NCBI GenBank assembly: GCA_041665145.1
Contig: JBAYJK010000004.1
Coordinates: 66,434 to 130,433 of the forward strand
Origin: Patescibacteria group bacterium
GTDB taxonomy: Bacteria > Patescibacteriota > Microgenomatia > UBA1406
DNA length: 64,000 bases
Direction: 5' to 3'
The stretch's first letter is position 1; each line of letters begins with the position of its first letter. The notes beneath the pieces were generated by a model. The model searched no databases, was not told the DNA's origin, and worked only from the letters and a program-made list of their open reading frames with translations. Shown here piece after piece: positions 26,723 to 36,661 of this stretch. The translations under genes were made by a program, and so were the position numbers.

Positions 26723-27301
26723 CTACTTCACCGTCAACGTCCCAAACATCCCAAGCTTTCGATGTGAACCCACGCTACAATAATACTGAAACGATCCCAC
26801 CTTGTCCGCGACGAATGTAACCGTTTCGCTTGTTCCTGTTTGTATGGTTTGCGATTTAACATCCAACTCGTCGATGATGAAGTCGTGCATACCTCCGTCA
26901 TTTTTAAAAACAATGGTCACCGTATCGCCTTTATTAACCATGATTGAATTCGGTACGAAATAAAAATTTCCTCCATTTATTGTAAAAGTTTTGTTTGTGG
27001 TTGTCGTTGCAGTCCCCGAGGCAATTTCCTGCTTTTGCAATTCAGTAAGAGGGGGTGTAGGTTGTGGCTCCATCATTCCACCGGCTCCACCCATTTTTCT
27101 TCCCCCGGGATTATTTCGACCCTCATCACGGGCTCCCCGCATCATTCCTGCCTGATACCCCTGGCCGAACCACGAACGTGCTTTATACTTCTGGTATCCG
27201 ATCACACCTCCGACAACCGCTAATACAGCTACTACCACTACAACCGGAACAACAGGAAACACAGCACTCTTCTGTGTTACCGTATTTTTTTCTTCTGCCA
27301 T
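26723..27301 (-). CDS. cupredoxin (plastocyanin/azurin-like type-1 copper protein), membrane anchored
   Basis: TM anchor. Copper ligand pattern H ('GGMHDF') ... C-x-x-x-H-x-x-x-x-M ('YYCSVGSHRKLGM'). Confidence 0.75.
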   Translation of the reverse strand: MAEEKNTVTQKSAVFPVVPVVVVVAVLAVVGGVIGYQKYKARSWFGQGYQAGMMRGARDEGRNNPGGRKMGGAGGMMEPQPTPPLTELQKQEIASGTATTTTNKTFTINGGNFYFVPNSIMVNKGDTVTIVFKNDGGMHDFIIDELDVKSQTIQTGTSETVTFVADKVGSFQYYCSVGSHRKLGMFGTLTVK

Positions 27302-27379
27302 TTTTTGATAATTTTAATTAATAATATAAATTGATTCTTAAACTAACCCCCGCGTCAGTTTGTTGAATTACAACAAAAT

Positions 27380-27408
27380 TTGCTGAAAACTAACTGAAAT
27401 AGTACACT
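27380..27408 (+). promoter_or_regulatory. sigma-70-type promoter
   Basis: -35 TTGCTG (27380-27385), 17-nt spacer, -10 TACACT (27403-27408), then 7 nt to ATG 27416. Confidence 0.55.
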
Positions 27409-27415
27409 GATTATC

Positions 27416-27640
27416 ATGATTAATAGTTATTTAGCGTATATGCAAGACACTCAGTGGAGAATTGTTTTTATACTTATTGCTCTCTGGGACCTTATTTGGA
27501 AGGGAATGGCGTTATGGAAAGCCGCTCAAAACAAACAGCGTAACTGGTTTATTCTTCTTTTGCTTGTTAACTCGCTCGGCATAGTCCCGATACTTTACAT
27601 CAGATTTTTTCAGAAAAGCTCAGTAAAAAAGCATCGTTGA
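27416..27640 (+). CDS. small membrane protein (DUF5652-like)
   Basis: 74 aa. 'WDLIWKGMALWKAAQNKQRNWFILLLLVNSLGIVPILY'. Confidence 0.65.
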   Translation: MINSYLAYMQDTQWRIVFILIALWDLIWKGMALWKAAQNKQRNWFILLLLVNSLGIVPILYIRFFQKSSVKKHR

Positions 27641-27664
27641 TATACTACTCACACAAGTTAGCTT

Positions 27665-28882
27665 GTGCATATGATGCAAAATAAAGATACTCTTGTAATA
27701 GTAACCCCGGATCATTCACTCGGTTGCGCCGGCCAGACAATTCAGATATTTGCAAAAGAACTTGCCAAAAAAGGCCGGGATGTCAAAGTTTTTTTTCTTG
27801 ATTCCATTGGCTACGACGCGCTACAACACTATGTAGAAACAAACAAAGTCCGCACGATTTTGACCAACAGTATTTACTTTGATGATGGTGAAAAATATAA
27901 CAATGCGGTTCAATTTCTAAAGTACTGTAAAAAACGCTCCATACAAGTTATCGATATTGCCCATTTCGGGAAGTTTGATCCCACTGTCGATGCGTTACTT
28001 TATAAACGGCTGTTTGTTTCTCAGACGCTTCTTCTCAAATACTGCTTGATCGCCCAAAAAAACGGCTTTTCTATTGAAAGGTATGATTATCTTTACAATC
28101 CTTTAGACCTTAAACTTCCTGCCTCGCCATCAGGCGGGTTTACTTTAGACTTCAGTTCTTCAACAAAAAAGTTTTTTACTGTGGGTCGTATCGGGCGCGC
28201 AAATAAGGACAAATGGGATGATGCTATCATCAAGATCGCGCCCTATGTTCTGAAAAGAATTCCTAATTGCCGATTCATAGTCCGTTCGCTGCCGGACGAT
28301 TACCGGACGAGAATTCCACATCAATTGCTCGAGAAGTTCACAATTCTTCCGGAGACGACAAATCGGAAAGAAATAGTAAAAACGATAAGAGCCTGTGATG
28401 TGTTGCTACAGACAAGCCAGATCGGAGAAAGTTTCGGCTGTGCAATTGCAGAAGGAATGGCTCTTGGGAAACCCATAATTACAAACAGCACCGACTTTTT
28501 GGCGCCGGTTTTTTTTGATCGAGATAACGCTCAAGTTGAATTGGTAGAAGATACAATGAACGGATTTGTAGAGAATACGCCGGAAAAAATGGCACAGCGA
28601 ATAATCGAGCTTTATAATAATCGGTCACTTTACGAAAAAATCTCTCGAGCAAATATACAGAAAGCACGGGAACTTTTTAATACAGAAAAACTTACCAACC
28701 GGCTTGAAGGTTTCCTTGGCGGGAACATTGACAGTGGTCAATTTCTTCCTTTACCTCTTTCCGAATACAAAAACAGACTCAAAAAGGAACCGCTTCTTGC
28801 AATCATCAAATTGAATTTTCACTATCTCCTGCGACGTATGAAAAGAAAATTGACCCACGTTGGATTGTTAGAGTGTTGCTAG
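27665..28882 (+). CDS. glycosyltransferase family 4 (GT-B)
   Basis: 'ESFGCAIAEGMALGKPIITN' (E-x7-E region). GTG 27665 or ATG 27671. Confidence 0.8.
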   Translation: MHMMQNKDTLVIVTPDHSLGCAGQTIQIFAKELAKKGRDVKVFFLDSIGYDALQHYVETNKVRTILTNSIYFDDGEKYNNAVQFLKYCKKRSIQVIDIAHFGKFDPTVDALLYKRLFVSQTLLLKYCLIAQKNGFSIERYDYLYNPLDLKLPASPSGGFTLDFSSSTKKFFTVGRIGRANKDKWDDAIIKIAPYVLKRIPNCRFIVRSLPDDYRTRIPHQLLEKFTILPETTNRKEIVKTIRACDVLLQTSQIGESFGCAIAEGMALGKPIITNSTDFLAPVFFDRDNAQVELVEDTMNGFVENTPEKMAQRIIELYNNRSLYEKISRANIQKARELFNTEKLTNRLEGFLGGNIDSGQFLPLPLSEYKNRLKKEPLLAIIKLNFHYLLRRMKRKLTHVGLLECC

Positions 28883-28894
28883 TATACTATGCGT

Positions 28895-29776
28895 ATGGCC
28901 CCCAAAATAATTTTAGTTATGGGAACAATTTTGCTTGGAATATGTGTGATTTTATTTCTCCTTGCGTACTACGTATTAAACGGTATGGTGAGCGTTCACA
29001 TGCAAGCTTCCTCGGGGACACCCTCAGATTACAACCTACCTTTTGAAAAGGTTGTGTTTAAAAGCTCCGACAAGACTTTAATTAGCGGCTGGTACATAAA
29101 AACTCCGAATCCAAAAGGCGCTGTTGTGGTCGTGCATGGATATCTCAATCCAGGAGGCAGGAGTACTATGCTAGGTCATGCTGCATATTTATATGATGCA
29201 GGATATAGTTCTTTACTTATCGACCTTGGGGGCTTTGGAGAAAGTAACAGATCTAAAGTAACACTCGGTATCCTCGAGTCTGAAGATGTTTTATATGCAT
29301 ACAAATATTTGCTTTCATTACCCGAAAATCACAGTATTCCCGTTGGGTTGCTTGGTTACTCTATGGGAGCTGTGTCAGTTATGAACGCGAGTGGGAAACA
29401 TCACGTAGGGGATTTTGTTATCGAATTAGATGGTTATAGAAGCATTGACGCTCTGCTTGCGGTTGAGTTATCAAAACGTGGCCTCCCAGCTCCATTACTA
29501 CTGCCATTTATGCAAATTTCATCAATAGCGCTTCTTGGTAGTAGTTACCCCACATATGCACCGGAACGTTTAGTTTCCGATATTCGTGTTCCATTACTCA
29601 TTATTCATGGCTCAAAAGACACCGCCGTACCAGTCGAGCAAGGACAATATTTGTATTCAATTGCAAACGAGCCAAAAAAAATCGTTATTCTTTCCACCTC
29701 CCACGATATCTTTACGGAAGATCCTACAGGAGTCAAACAAGCTGTACTTCTATTTTTAGACAGTGTACATAAATGA
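28895..29776 (+). CDS. alpha/beta hydrolase, membrane anchored
   Basis: 'GYSMGA' nucleophile elbow and 'HGSKDTAVP'. Start reassigned from 28889 to 28895 (TATACT 28883-28888 + 6 nt). Either start is possible. Confidence 0.75.
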   Translation: MAPKIILVMGTILLGICVILFLLAYYVLNGMVSVHMQASSGTPSDYNLPFEKVVFKSSDKTLISGWYIKTPNPKGAVVVVHGYLNPGGRSTMLGHAAYLYDAGYSSLLIDLGGFGESNRSKVTLGILESEDVLYAYKYLLSLPENHSIPVGLLGYSMGAVSVMNASGKHHVGDFVIELDGYRSIDALLAVELSKRGLPAPLLLPFMQISSIALLGSSYPTYAPERLVSDIRVPLLIIHGSKDTAVPVEQGQYLYSIANEPKKIVILSTSHDIFTEDPTGVKQAVLLFLDSVHK

Positions 29777-31125
29777 AAAAATACACTACCTTAGAAACTG
29801 CACTCTTCGTCTTATTAGCGTTTTCAATCATATTTTTTGTTTTTTTGGTTCCACCGTTCCAAAAACCGGATGAAGAAGTACATTTTTACCGCGCCCTGAA
29901 CCTTGCATCAGGAAATGTATTCTGCACGAAAGCCAGAGGAAATACACTTAAAATACACTCTCAATATGTAGAATTTGTGGATAAGATTCATAAAATGGAC
30001 TTGCCTCTTCATAAGAACAATAAATTCGACATCTCCTTATACTCAAAATCTCAAACAATACCATTAAACAGCAAAATCTATAACATTGACTACCAATGTT
30101 CCTTTCCCCTAATAAGCTATATACCACAAACAGTTGGAGTATTAATTGGGAGTGCTTTATCACTAGGGGCTGTTCAGATATTTTTTTTGGGTAGATTTGT
30201 TCTTGCTTTGATTGTATTTGTATGGATGTTTGTTTTGTATAAAAAGTGTATAAAGGAATTGAGACCACTGCTTACTCTCGTATACTTTACACCCGTTTTT
30301 CTCCAACAAGTAACTTCATATGGTTATGACGCTATTAATCTACTAGCCGCCGTGACGTTTTTCGTCCTTGTTTCGCAATATTCAAAAAATATGCTTGCGC
30401 TACTTTTGAGCCTCCTCCTTGTTTTCATAACTAAACCCGGTGGGTATGAACCTCTGATATTTCTCATTTTCCTTATTCCTTACCAGACATATTCAAAGAG
30501 CAAACTAAGTTATGTAAAGAAAATCGTAATGTTTTTATTTATTCTCGGAATTTCATACGCTGCCGCGAAAAGCAATATGTGGTCCGCATATAAGGGAATA
30601 GAACAGCTCCGCACCGACATTTCTCCTCTGGCTAATGCTCTTGCGCTTACCAGTAATCCGCTCAACTCCTTATTATTAATCATAAGAACAACAATTGATC
30701 GCGGACCGTTTTACATACAAAGTACCATTGGTATCCTGGGGTGGCTTGAGTATTCTGTCGGATTACTGGGGTACGCAACCTACGGATTATTATTAGTGTA
30801 TGTACTCGTAACTACAAAAATCCCTCAGGCTTTGTTATACACAAAAAAGCAAATAATCTATGGATCGTCGTTTATCGGCGGCTACTATGTTTTTTTTCTC
30901 GCGTTGTATTACGTTATATGGAATCCTGCTGACACATTGATAATTGACGGTATTCAGGGCAGATATTTCCTCCCGCTTCTTCCATTCTTCTATTTGACAT
31001 TGATACAACTGAGGCACATAACAGCACCGAAGTTCAATCTGTCTTCAAGACCGGCAGCCATGCTGCTTCTTGCTTTTTTTATGATACTCGTCACCATGTT
31101 TGCTATTTTTAGCAGGTACTATTAG
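29773..31125 (+). CDS. polytopic membrane protein, DUF2142-like (GT-C-like glycosyltransferase candidate)
   Basis: About 12 TM helices. N-terminal 'PPFQKPDEEVHFYRA' (the D/E-E pattern of GT-C enzymes). ATGA overlap with the upstream gene. Confidence 0.6.
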   Translation: MKKYTTLETALFVLLAFSIIFFVFLVPPFQKPDEEVHFYRALNLASGNVFCTKARGNTLKIHSQYVEFVDKIHKMDLPLHKNNKFDISLYSKSQTIPLNSKIYNIDYQCSFPLISYIPQTVGVLIGSALSLGAVQIFFLGRFVLALIVFVWMFVLYKKCIKELRPLLTLVYFTPVFLQQVTSYGYDAINLLAAVTFFVLVSQYSKNMLALLLSLLLVFITKPGGYEPLIFLIFLIPYQTYSKSKLSYVKKIVMFLFILGISYAAAKSNMWSAYKGIEQLRTDISPLANALALTSNPLNSLLLIIRTTIDRGPFYIQSTIGILGWLEYSVGLLGYATYGLLLVYVLVTTKIPQALLYTKKQIIYGSSFIGGYYVFFLALYYVIWNPADTLIIDGIQGRYFLPLLPFFYLTLIQLRHITAPKFNLSSRPAAMLLLAFFMILVTMFAIFSRYY

Positions 31126-31154
31126 GATTTCCAAAAAATTAGTATAATGACACC

Positions 31155-31667
31155 ATGTCTCATAGTCTTACCGATGCGGAAATTATCCAGCACATTTGTA
31201 ATGGGGAACTCGACTACTTTGAACATTTGACCCGTCAATATACCAAACACATCTACCACTTCATTAAAAGCAGGCTTTTTGAGAAAGAGAATGTGGAAGA
31301 TCTTGTTCAGAATACTTTTCTAAGCTTTTATAAAGCGCTCGTTCGGTTCGATAAGAACCGGCCTGTTTTGCCCTACCTGTATCAGATCGCAAAAAATGAA
31401 CTTAAGATGTACTATCGCTCACACAAGAATACATCGTCATTAACGGAAACAGCATCGCCGACGCAGGATGAAATTTTGCCGGATGTAGCGATTACAGAAA
31501 TTCCGGAGTTAAAAACTCTTTCGCACGAGCAACAGGACGCGCTTCGTCTGATGAGCGAAGGATACAGCTACCAGGAAATAGCCGATAAACTGAATCATCC
31601 GATTAACACAGTCCGCACAATAATTCACCGTGCCCGATTATCAATTTCAAAAAAGCATAACACATGA
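31155..31667 (+). CDS. ECF-type RNA polymerase sigma-70 factor
   Basis: Region 2 'LVQNTFLSFYKAL' and region 4 'SYQEIADKLNHPINTVRTIIHRAR'. TATAAT (31143-31148) + 6 nt + ATG. Confidence 0.85.
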   Translation: MSHSLTDAEIIQHICNGELDYFEHLTRQYTKHIYHFIKSRLFEKENVEDLVQNTFLSFYKALVRFDKNRPVLPYLYQIAKNELKMYYRSHKNTSSLTETASPTQDEILPDVAITEIPELKTLSHEQQDALRLMSEGYSYQEIADKLNHPINTVRTIIHRARLSISKKHNT

Positions 31668-32053
31668 AAAAGCTTGAAGACAAGATACTGAATAAGGTTT
31701 ATGTGTTCGAAACAAAGAAAACGTTTATGAGTGCGATGGTAAAAATCATGAGTGTTTGTATGTTGCTTGTTGCCACCGGCACGTTCGCATACATGATTAT
31801 TCAGACCTTCATTGAAAGAGAAACAATGTCTGTGATAGATATCTTTCAGGAAAATATGCAGGCATTGCATACATACATACTGGATGTCGCGTATGTCATC
31901 CTCATCGAAACACCCCAACCACACATGGCGTTTTTTATTATCGGAATAGTGGCCTTATTCATCACACTGTGGGTATTTATCAGAAACAGGTCCCGCATCA
32001 GCAATAAAATTCGTTCGCTTGTCCGTTATTGGGGCCGTAAAAATAAACAGTAA
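31664..32053 (+). CDS. membrane protein, putative anti-sigma factor
   Basis: ATGA overlap with the sigma gene. Two TM helices. Confidence 0.45.
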   Translation: MKKLEDKILNKVYVFETKKTFMSAMVKIMSVCMLLVATGTFAYMIIQTFIERETMSVIDIFQENMQALHTYILDVAYVILIETPQPHMAFFIIGIVALFITLWVFIRNRSRISNKIRSLVRYWGRKNKQ

Positions 32054-32060
32054 ATATTCC

Positions 32061-32089
32061 TTGACATCACGGTCAATTCTTACTACTAT
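32061..32089 (+). promoter_or_regulatory. consensus sigma-70 promoter, leaderless geometry
   Basis: -35 TTGACA (32061-32066), 17-nt spacer, -10 TACTAT (32084-32089), then 6 nt to ATG 32096. Confidence 0.75.
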
Positions 32090-32095
32090 TAGAGC

Positions 32096-32848
32096 ATGGA
32101 TAAAGAAAAATTTAACGGAAGTATTCTCTTCGGTGTAATCATTGTGGTCGCCGCACTGTGGTTTGTTAAAACATTCAATATTGCATACCCCATTACCATA
32201 ACCACCGCCTCACAATCTACTGAGCTTTCGGTAGTAGGCGAAGGCAAGGTTGATGTCGTCCCGGACGTCGCTTACATCAACGTCGGAATTACTGTCAACA
32301 ACAAAACATCGGTCAATGAAGCGCGTAGCGGTATTGATTCCGTCAACAATAAAATCATTGAGTCGTTGAAAAATCTTGGTATAGACAAAAAAGACATCAA
32401 AACCAACAACTATTCAGTCAATCCTAATTATGTCTACGAGAATAACGAAAACAGGATCAATGGATACAACGGCAACGCATATTTAAGCATAAAAGTAACT
32501 AAAATTGATCTTGTATCTCAAGTCATCGAAGCTGCCTCTGCCGCAGGCGCCAATGAGATTCAAGGAACAAGTTTTGCAGTCGACAAACCGGAGAATTATC
32601 GTGAAGAGGCCCGAAACAAAGCAATCGCCAATGCTAAGGAGCAGGCGGGGAAGCTCGCCAAGTCGCTTGGTATCAAACTCGGAAAGATAACCAACATCGT
32701 AGAATCGAATAATAACGGCACCGTTGCACCCATGTATGATCGGGCAGTTATGAGCTCGGGGTTTGGTGGTGGGGGAGGTTCGCCCTCAATTGAACCGGGA
32801 TCCCAAACAATCACTTCTGTCGTAACCCTGTACTTTGAAAAACGCTGA
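32096..32848 (+). CDS. SIMPL-domain (DUF541) protein
   Basis: N-terminal TM. 'GYNGNAYLSIKV', 'EARNKAIANAKEQAGKLAKSLG', 'IEPGSQTITSVVTLYFE'. Confidence 0.8.
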   Translation: MDKEKFNGSILFGVIIVVAALWFVKTFNIAYPITITTASQSTELSVVGEGKVDVVPDVAYINVGITVNNKTSVNEARSGIDSVNNKIIESLKNLGIDKKDIKTNNYSVNPNYVYENNENRINGYNGNAYLSIKVTKIDLVSQVIEAASAAGANEIQGTSFAVDKPENYREEARNKAIANAKEQAGKLAKSLGIKLGKITNIVESNNNGTVAPMYDRAVMSSGFGGGGGSPSIEPGSQTITSVVTLYFEKR

Positions 32849-32857
32849 TAAGGGCAA

Positions 32858-34882
32858 CTAAATCACTTGTTTTATAAAGTTGACTTTGGGAGCGCTAGTG
32901 TGGTCGAGAGTAACTTCATACATTGGAAGTCCTTTTGCCAAACGCTGCAAAGTAGCATTAAGCTGATCTGCAAAAACTCTCAGAAAAGCTGTGTCAAAAA
33001 CCTCCAGAGCATCTCTTCGGCTTTGTGTCGGTTTGATCTTATAGGCAAGATGTGCAACAGTGTCAGCGAGCCCATTCATTATGTCGTTCATACATTTCAT
33101 AGCCACATCAGGCGTATAACGAAACACCTGAACTTCGCCGAATCCGCCATTATTACTCACCGGTCGGAGATTGTGTCCATGACTTCTAACTATGATCACC
33201 GCCTGCTCGGCATGTTTCCCGGGAAGGTTCTCTGGAGTACGGGCATGCCCAGATTCTGCTAACTTATGCAATTCTTGAACTTTATGGACAATAAACGCCA
33301 TATCTTTTTCATCCAGGCCATAGGCTTTTGCGTCTTGCATTGCCCGCATCATGTGGCCACAACCAGGACACGAAGACCCGGCGTGAGTATCAGTGTGCGA
33401 AGCAAATTTTTGTGGACCACCCATAATTTTTAAAATCTGCTCCCATAGTTGCTCCCTCATGGCATCGGTAAACAATTCTCTAGGACTGAACGCTTCTCTG
33501 ACACTCTCCGTATATGCTCTAAAACCTCCAAAGACTGCCATAACAAACCCCACATCTCCCCCCGGAATCGCATAAGGTTGAATCTCACCCTTCAGATAAC
33601 CGTATCGGGGGTCCACACAAGCAATATCAGCATAATTAATGCTGGCAGGCTCGCTTTTGACTTCGGTAAGCCCGGTTCTGACAACCCGCGCAGCGTCTTG
33701 TGGGCTTAATTTCGGTTTCTCCAAAACAGCAATTAATTCTGTTGTGTGCTTCCCCAATTCGGAAAACTTTTTCCTCCATTGATCCCTAATCCACTCCAAA
33801 ATAATTTTGTCTCGCCCGGCAAATGACAGTTCTGCAGCATGGTTTGAGACTACAGTTGCAAATCCTTCAAATGCCCGTTGTTGATCGGTGTTGAGGACTA
33901 TTTCACTACTATCGCCGTGCAGTTTTAATCCTCCCAGGACCGATGTTAGCAGCTGCAATAATCTCTGGAAATCAAAACTGCGTAATTGCTCCTGCCGACG
34001 ATTAAAACTCGTATCGTCAAAAACTTCTGCCAGCTGCTTTTCCGCAGCAACAAAAACAGATTCTGCGGAAAAAAGGGTTAATGTTTCACGTGCAGGTTCC
34101 GCGCGCATTTGTGTTTTGTTATAAAGAGCCAAGAGTCTCTCAAGATGAGCTTCATCTCTTGCACCAGTTTGTCGCAGATACAAAATGTAGCCTTCAACCA
34201 TCTCCGAATCCAGTCCGATATCCCTGCTGTGCGCATATTTAAAATACACATCGCGTCTGGCTGAATAAGCTTCTTCTGTTGCTTCCACCTGTTCCGCTTC
34301 TGCCGCGTCCAGTGCATCCAATCTTACTCTGTTGAGAAGTTTAAACGCCAATGCACTATTGACAACTTCATAGTGTTCTTCTATTTCACTGTGCACCGCA
34401 ACACCGTGAATAATAGTAAGCGCTCGTGGTCGAGGTATGTTTGAAAGCCTCATTTCCGCTTCACTGATACTTGGTCCGCGAGGATCTAAAGAACGAGGAT
34501 TGGTATACGTCAACAGCGCCTGGAGTAGCTGCTCATAAGGAAAACGTATTTTGCCGCCAGTTGCCGCCTCAGCTGCGACTGCCGCATCTACACAAAGGAG
34601 TGCCTCACGCATCGCCGTACCCATACTTAATTCCCGATTATCATGACTGTCTCTACGCAAAGCTTTACGTAAATCTTTATAGGCAGCTGCTAATCGTCCT
34701 AAATCGTTGCCGATTCTCTGAGCTTCAACAGGTGTCAGTTCAGTGTGTCGTTCCATACAAGCAACCAGTAAGCGGGCAGTTTGCAGAAAATAATTAAGGT
34801 CGTTTTTTAGAATAAATCCCTCCGCTCTTTGTAGAAGACTACTTATCGGCGGTAAGGCTTGGGGGGCAAGTTCTGCTGTCAT
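32858..34882 (-). CDS. large hypothetical protein: ~410-aa helical N-terminal region plus a C-terminal CxDxR / H..C.GCGH domain
   Basis: 674-aa ORF. 'ACVDPR' (aa 421-426), 'HTDTH' (496-500), 'CPGCGH' (505-510). Extended -10 TGgTATAAT lies 10 nt upstream of the ATG. Confidence 0.6.
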   Translation of the reverse strand: MTAELAPQALPPISSLLQRAEGFILKNDLNYFLQTARLLVACMERHTELTPVEAQRIGNDLGRLAAAYKDLRKALRRDSHDNRELSMGTAMREALLCVDAAVAAEAATGGKIRFPYEQLLQALLTYTNPRSLDPRGPSISEAEMRLSNIPRPRALTIIHGVAVHSEIEEHYEVVNSALAFKLLNRVRLDALDAAEAEQVEATEEAYSARRDVYFKYAHSRDIGLDSEMVEGYILYLRQTGARDEAHLERLLALYNKTQMRAEPARETLTLFSAESVFVAAEKQLAEVFDDTSFNRRQEQLRSFDFQRLLQLLTSVLGGLKLHGDSSEIVLNTDQQRAFEGFATVVSNHAAELSFAGRDKIILEWIRDQWRKKFSELGKHTTELIAVLEKPKLSPQDAARVVRTGLTEVKSEPASINYADIACVDPRYGYLKGEIQPYAIPGGDVGFVMAVFGGFRAYTESVREAFSPRELFTDAMREQLWEQILKIMGGPQKFASHTDTHAGSSCPGCGHMMRAMQDAKAYGLDEKDMAFIVHKVQELHKLAESGHARTPENLPGKHAEQAVIIVRSHGHNLRPVSNNGGFGEVQVFRYTPDVAMKCMNDIMNGLADTVAHLAYKIKPTQSRRDALEVFDTAFLRVFADQLNATLQRLAKGLPMYEVTLDHTSAPKVNFIKQVI

Positions 34883-34974
34883 ATTGGTCTAAATTATACC
34901 ATCCATGAAACACGGGTTGCAACTTCAGGTGCGATTAAGTAATCTATCTCTGTATTATTAGTTACGTTTTATTT

Positions 34975-35337
34975 ATGGCACATATTTGTGATGCGGCAGT
35001 CGTCGCATGTATCGATTTCCGTTTTCAGAAGTTTATCCGCGACTGGACAGACAAAGAATTAGCGGGGAAGAAATTTGATTACATCGGATTTGCCGGAAGT
35101 ACGAAAAACCTTGATACCGTTCTTGGCCAAATCGACATATCTGTACGTTTGCATCAGATAAAACAAGTAGTTTTAATTCATCACGAAGAATGTGGAGCCT
35201 ACGGAGCAGAGAGCACTCCAGAGCGACATACTACTGACCTTAAAAAAGCGCAGGAAACAGTTTTAGGCAAATGGCCCCAACTAACTGTTGATTTATACTA
35301 CCTGCACCTCGACGGAACGTTTGAAAAAGTAGTATAG
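34975..35337 (+). CDS. minimal beta-carbonic-anhydrase-like protein
   Basis: 120 aa. 'ACIDFR' (C12, D14, R16) and 'HHEECGAYG' (H70, C73), with spacing like the CxDxR...HxxC zinc site of beta-CAs. Confidence 0.55.
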   Translation: MAHICDAAVVACIDFRFQKFIRDWTDKELAGKKFDYIGFAGSTKNLDTVLGQIDISVRLHQIKQVVLIHHEECGAYGAESTPERHTTDLKKAQETVLGKWPQLTVDLYYLHLDGTFEKVV

Positions 35338-35344
35338 TAATTTT

Positions 35345-36646
35345 ATGAATATCAAAAAAGTTACCTCAATCGAGATCTTGGATTCGCGGGGTTTCCCGAC
35401 ATTAAAAACATTCGTTCATTTGGAAAACGGAGTGGTCGGGTGGGCTGCAATTCCCTCCGGAGCGTCCACCGGTACTTATGAGGCAGTTGAGCTGCGTGAC
35501 GGGGACAAAAAACGTTATGGAGGTAAGGGAGTTCTTATGGCAAAACATAACGTCGACGTTCTTCTCTCGGATGCGGTAGCCGGAATGAATGTATTCGACC
35601 AGGCTGCTCTCGATAGAAAAATGATCGAAACAGACGGTACGCCAAACAAGGGCAAGCTCGGCGCGAACGCAATCCTTTCTATTTCACTTGCTGCCGCACG
35701 AGCTGCCGCACTCACTAAAGAGCAAGAATTATATGAATACCTTATGGAATTCTTTGGAGCCAAGATAGTAACATTACCCATTCCTATGATTAATGTGATT
35801 AACGGAGGTAAACATGCAGAACAATCGAGCGACTTCCAGGAATATATGCTCATACCGTACGGTTTCTCGAAATTCTCAGAAGCTCTCCGCGCATCATCTG
35901 AAGTCTTCCACATACTCAAGAAAAAACTGAGTGCATCTGGCATGCCCACGGGTGTCGGAGATGAGGGTGGATACACATTGAAATGCGGTACCAACAAAGA
36001 GCCTCTGCAGTTTCTGATAGATGCCATAACTGAAACAGGATATGTACCAGGACAGGAATTCGGACTCGGACTGGACGTTGCTGCTTCCGAAATTTACAGC
36101 AACGACACATATAATCTTACGCGCGACGGAAAAAAAATGACCCGTGAAGAACTGGGTGATTATTACGTGGAGATGAAAAAACAATTCCCACTATGTTCTC
36201 TTGAGGATGGTTTCGCAGAGGATGATTGGGAAGGGTTCTCTGCATTCCAAAAAAAACTCGGAAGTAAAATACAAACTGTTGGTGACGACTTATATGTAAC
36301 AAATAGTGACCGGTTACGAAAAGGCATTGCAGAAAGTGCAACAAACGCGATCCTTATCAAGGTGAACCAAATCGGCACGCTTACCGAGACCATAGAAACA
36401 ATGCAGCTGGCACGAGAAGCGGGCATGCAATGCATTGTTTCTCATAGATCTGGTGAAACAGAGGATCCGTTTATTGCGGACCTGGTTGTTGCCGCAGGAA
36501 CCGGACAGATAAAAACCGGTTCAATGTCTCGTTCCGAACGCTTAGCCAAATATAATCGTCTTCTTGAGATTGAAGACAGAGAGAAGGAGCTGCGTCCGAA
36601 ACAACTAAAATTTTACGAGTTTCCGTATAAGACCAACGGGTTCTGA
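35345..36646 (+). CDS. eno: enolase
   Basis: 'SRGFPTLKT', 'SHRSGETED', 'IKTGSMSRSERLAKYN'. -10 TATAGT (35333-35338, overlapping the upstream stop) + 6 nt + ATG. Confidence 0.95.
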   Translation: MNIKKVTSIEILDSRGFPTLKTFVHLENGVVGWAAIPSGASTGTYEAVELRDGDKKRYGGKGVLMAKHNVDVLLSDAVAGMNVFDQAALDRKMIETDGTPNKGKLGANAILSISLAAARAAALTKEQELYEYLMEFFGAKIVTLPIPMINVINGGKHAEQSSDFQEYMLIPYGFSKFSEALRASSEVFHILKKKLSASGMPTGVGDEGGYTLKCGTNKEPLQFLIDAITETGYVPGQEFGLGLDVAASEIYSNDTYNLTRDGKKMTREELGDYYVEMKKQFPLCSLEDGFAEDDWEGFSAFQKKLGSKIQTVGDDLYVTNSDRLRKGIAESATNAILIKVNQIGTLTETIETMQLAREAGMQCIVSHRSGETEDPFIADLVVAAGTGQIKTGSMSRSERLAKYNRLLEIEDREKELRPKQLKFYEFPYKTNGF

Positions 36647-36661
36647 TAGTTATTTGCACTA

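Noticed and set aside
35515-36435. Minus-strand ORFs of 170, 96, 90, 75 and 64 aa inside eno
   Set aside because: They lie antisense to or in alternative frames of enolase, which is unambiguous.
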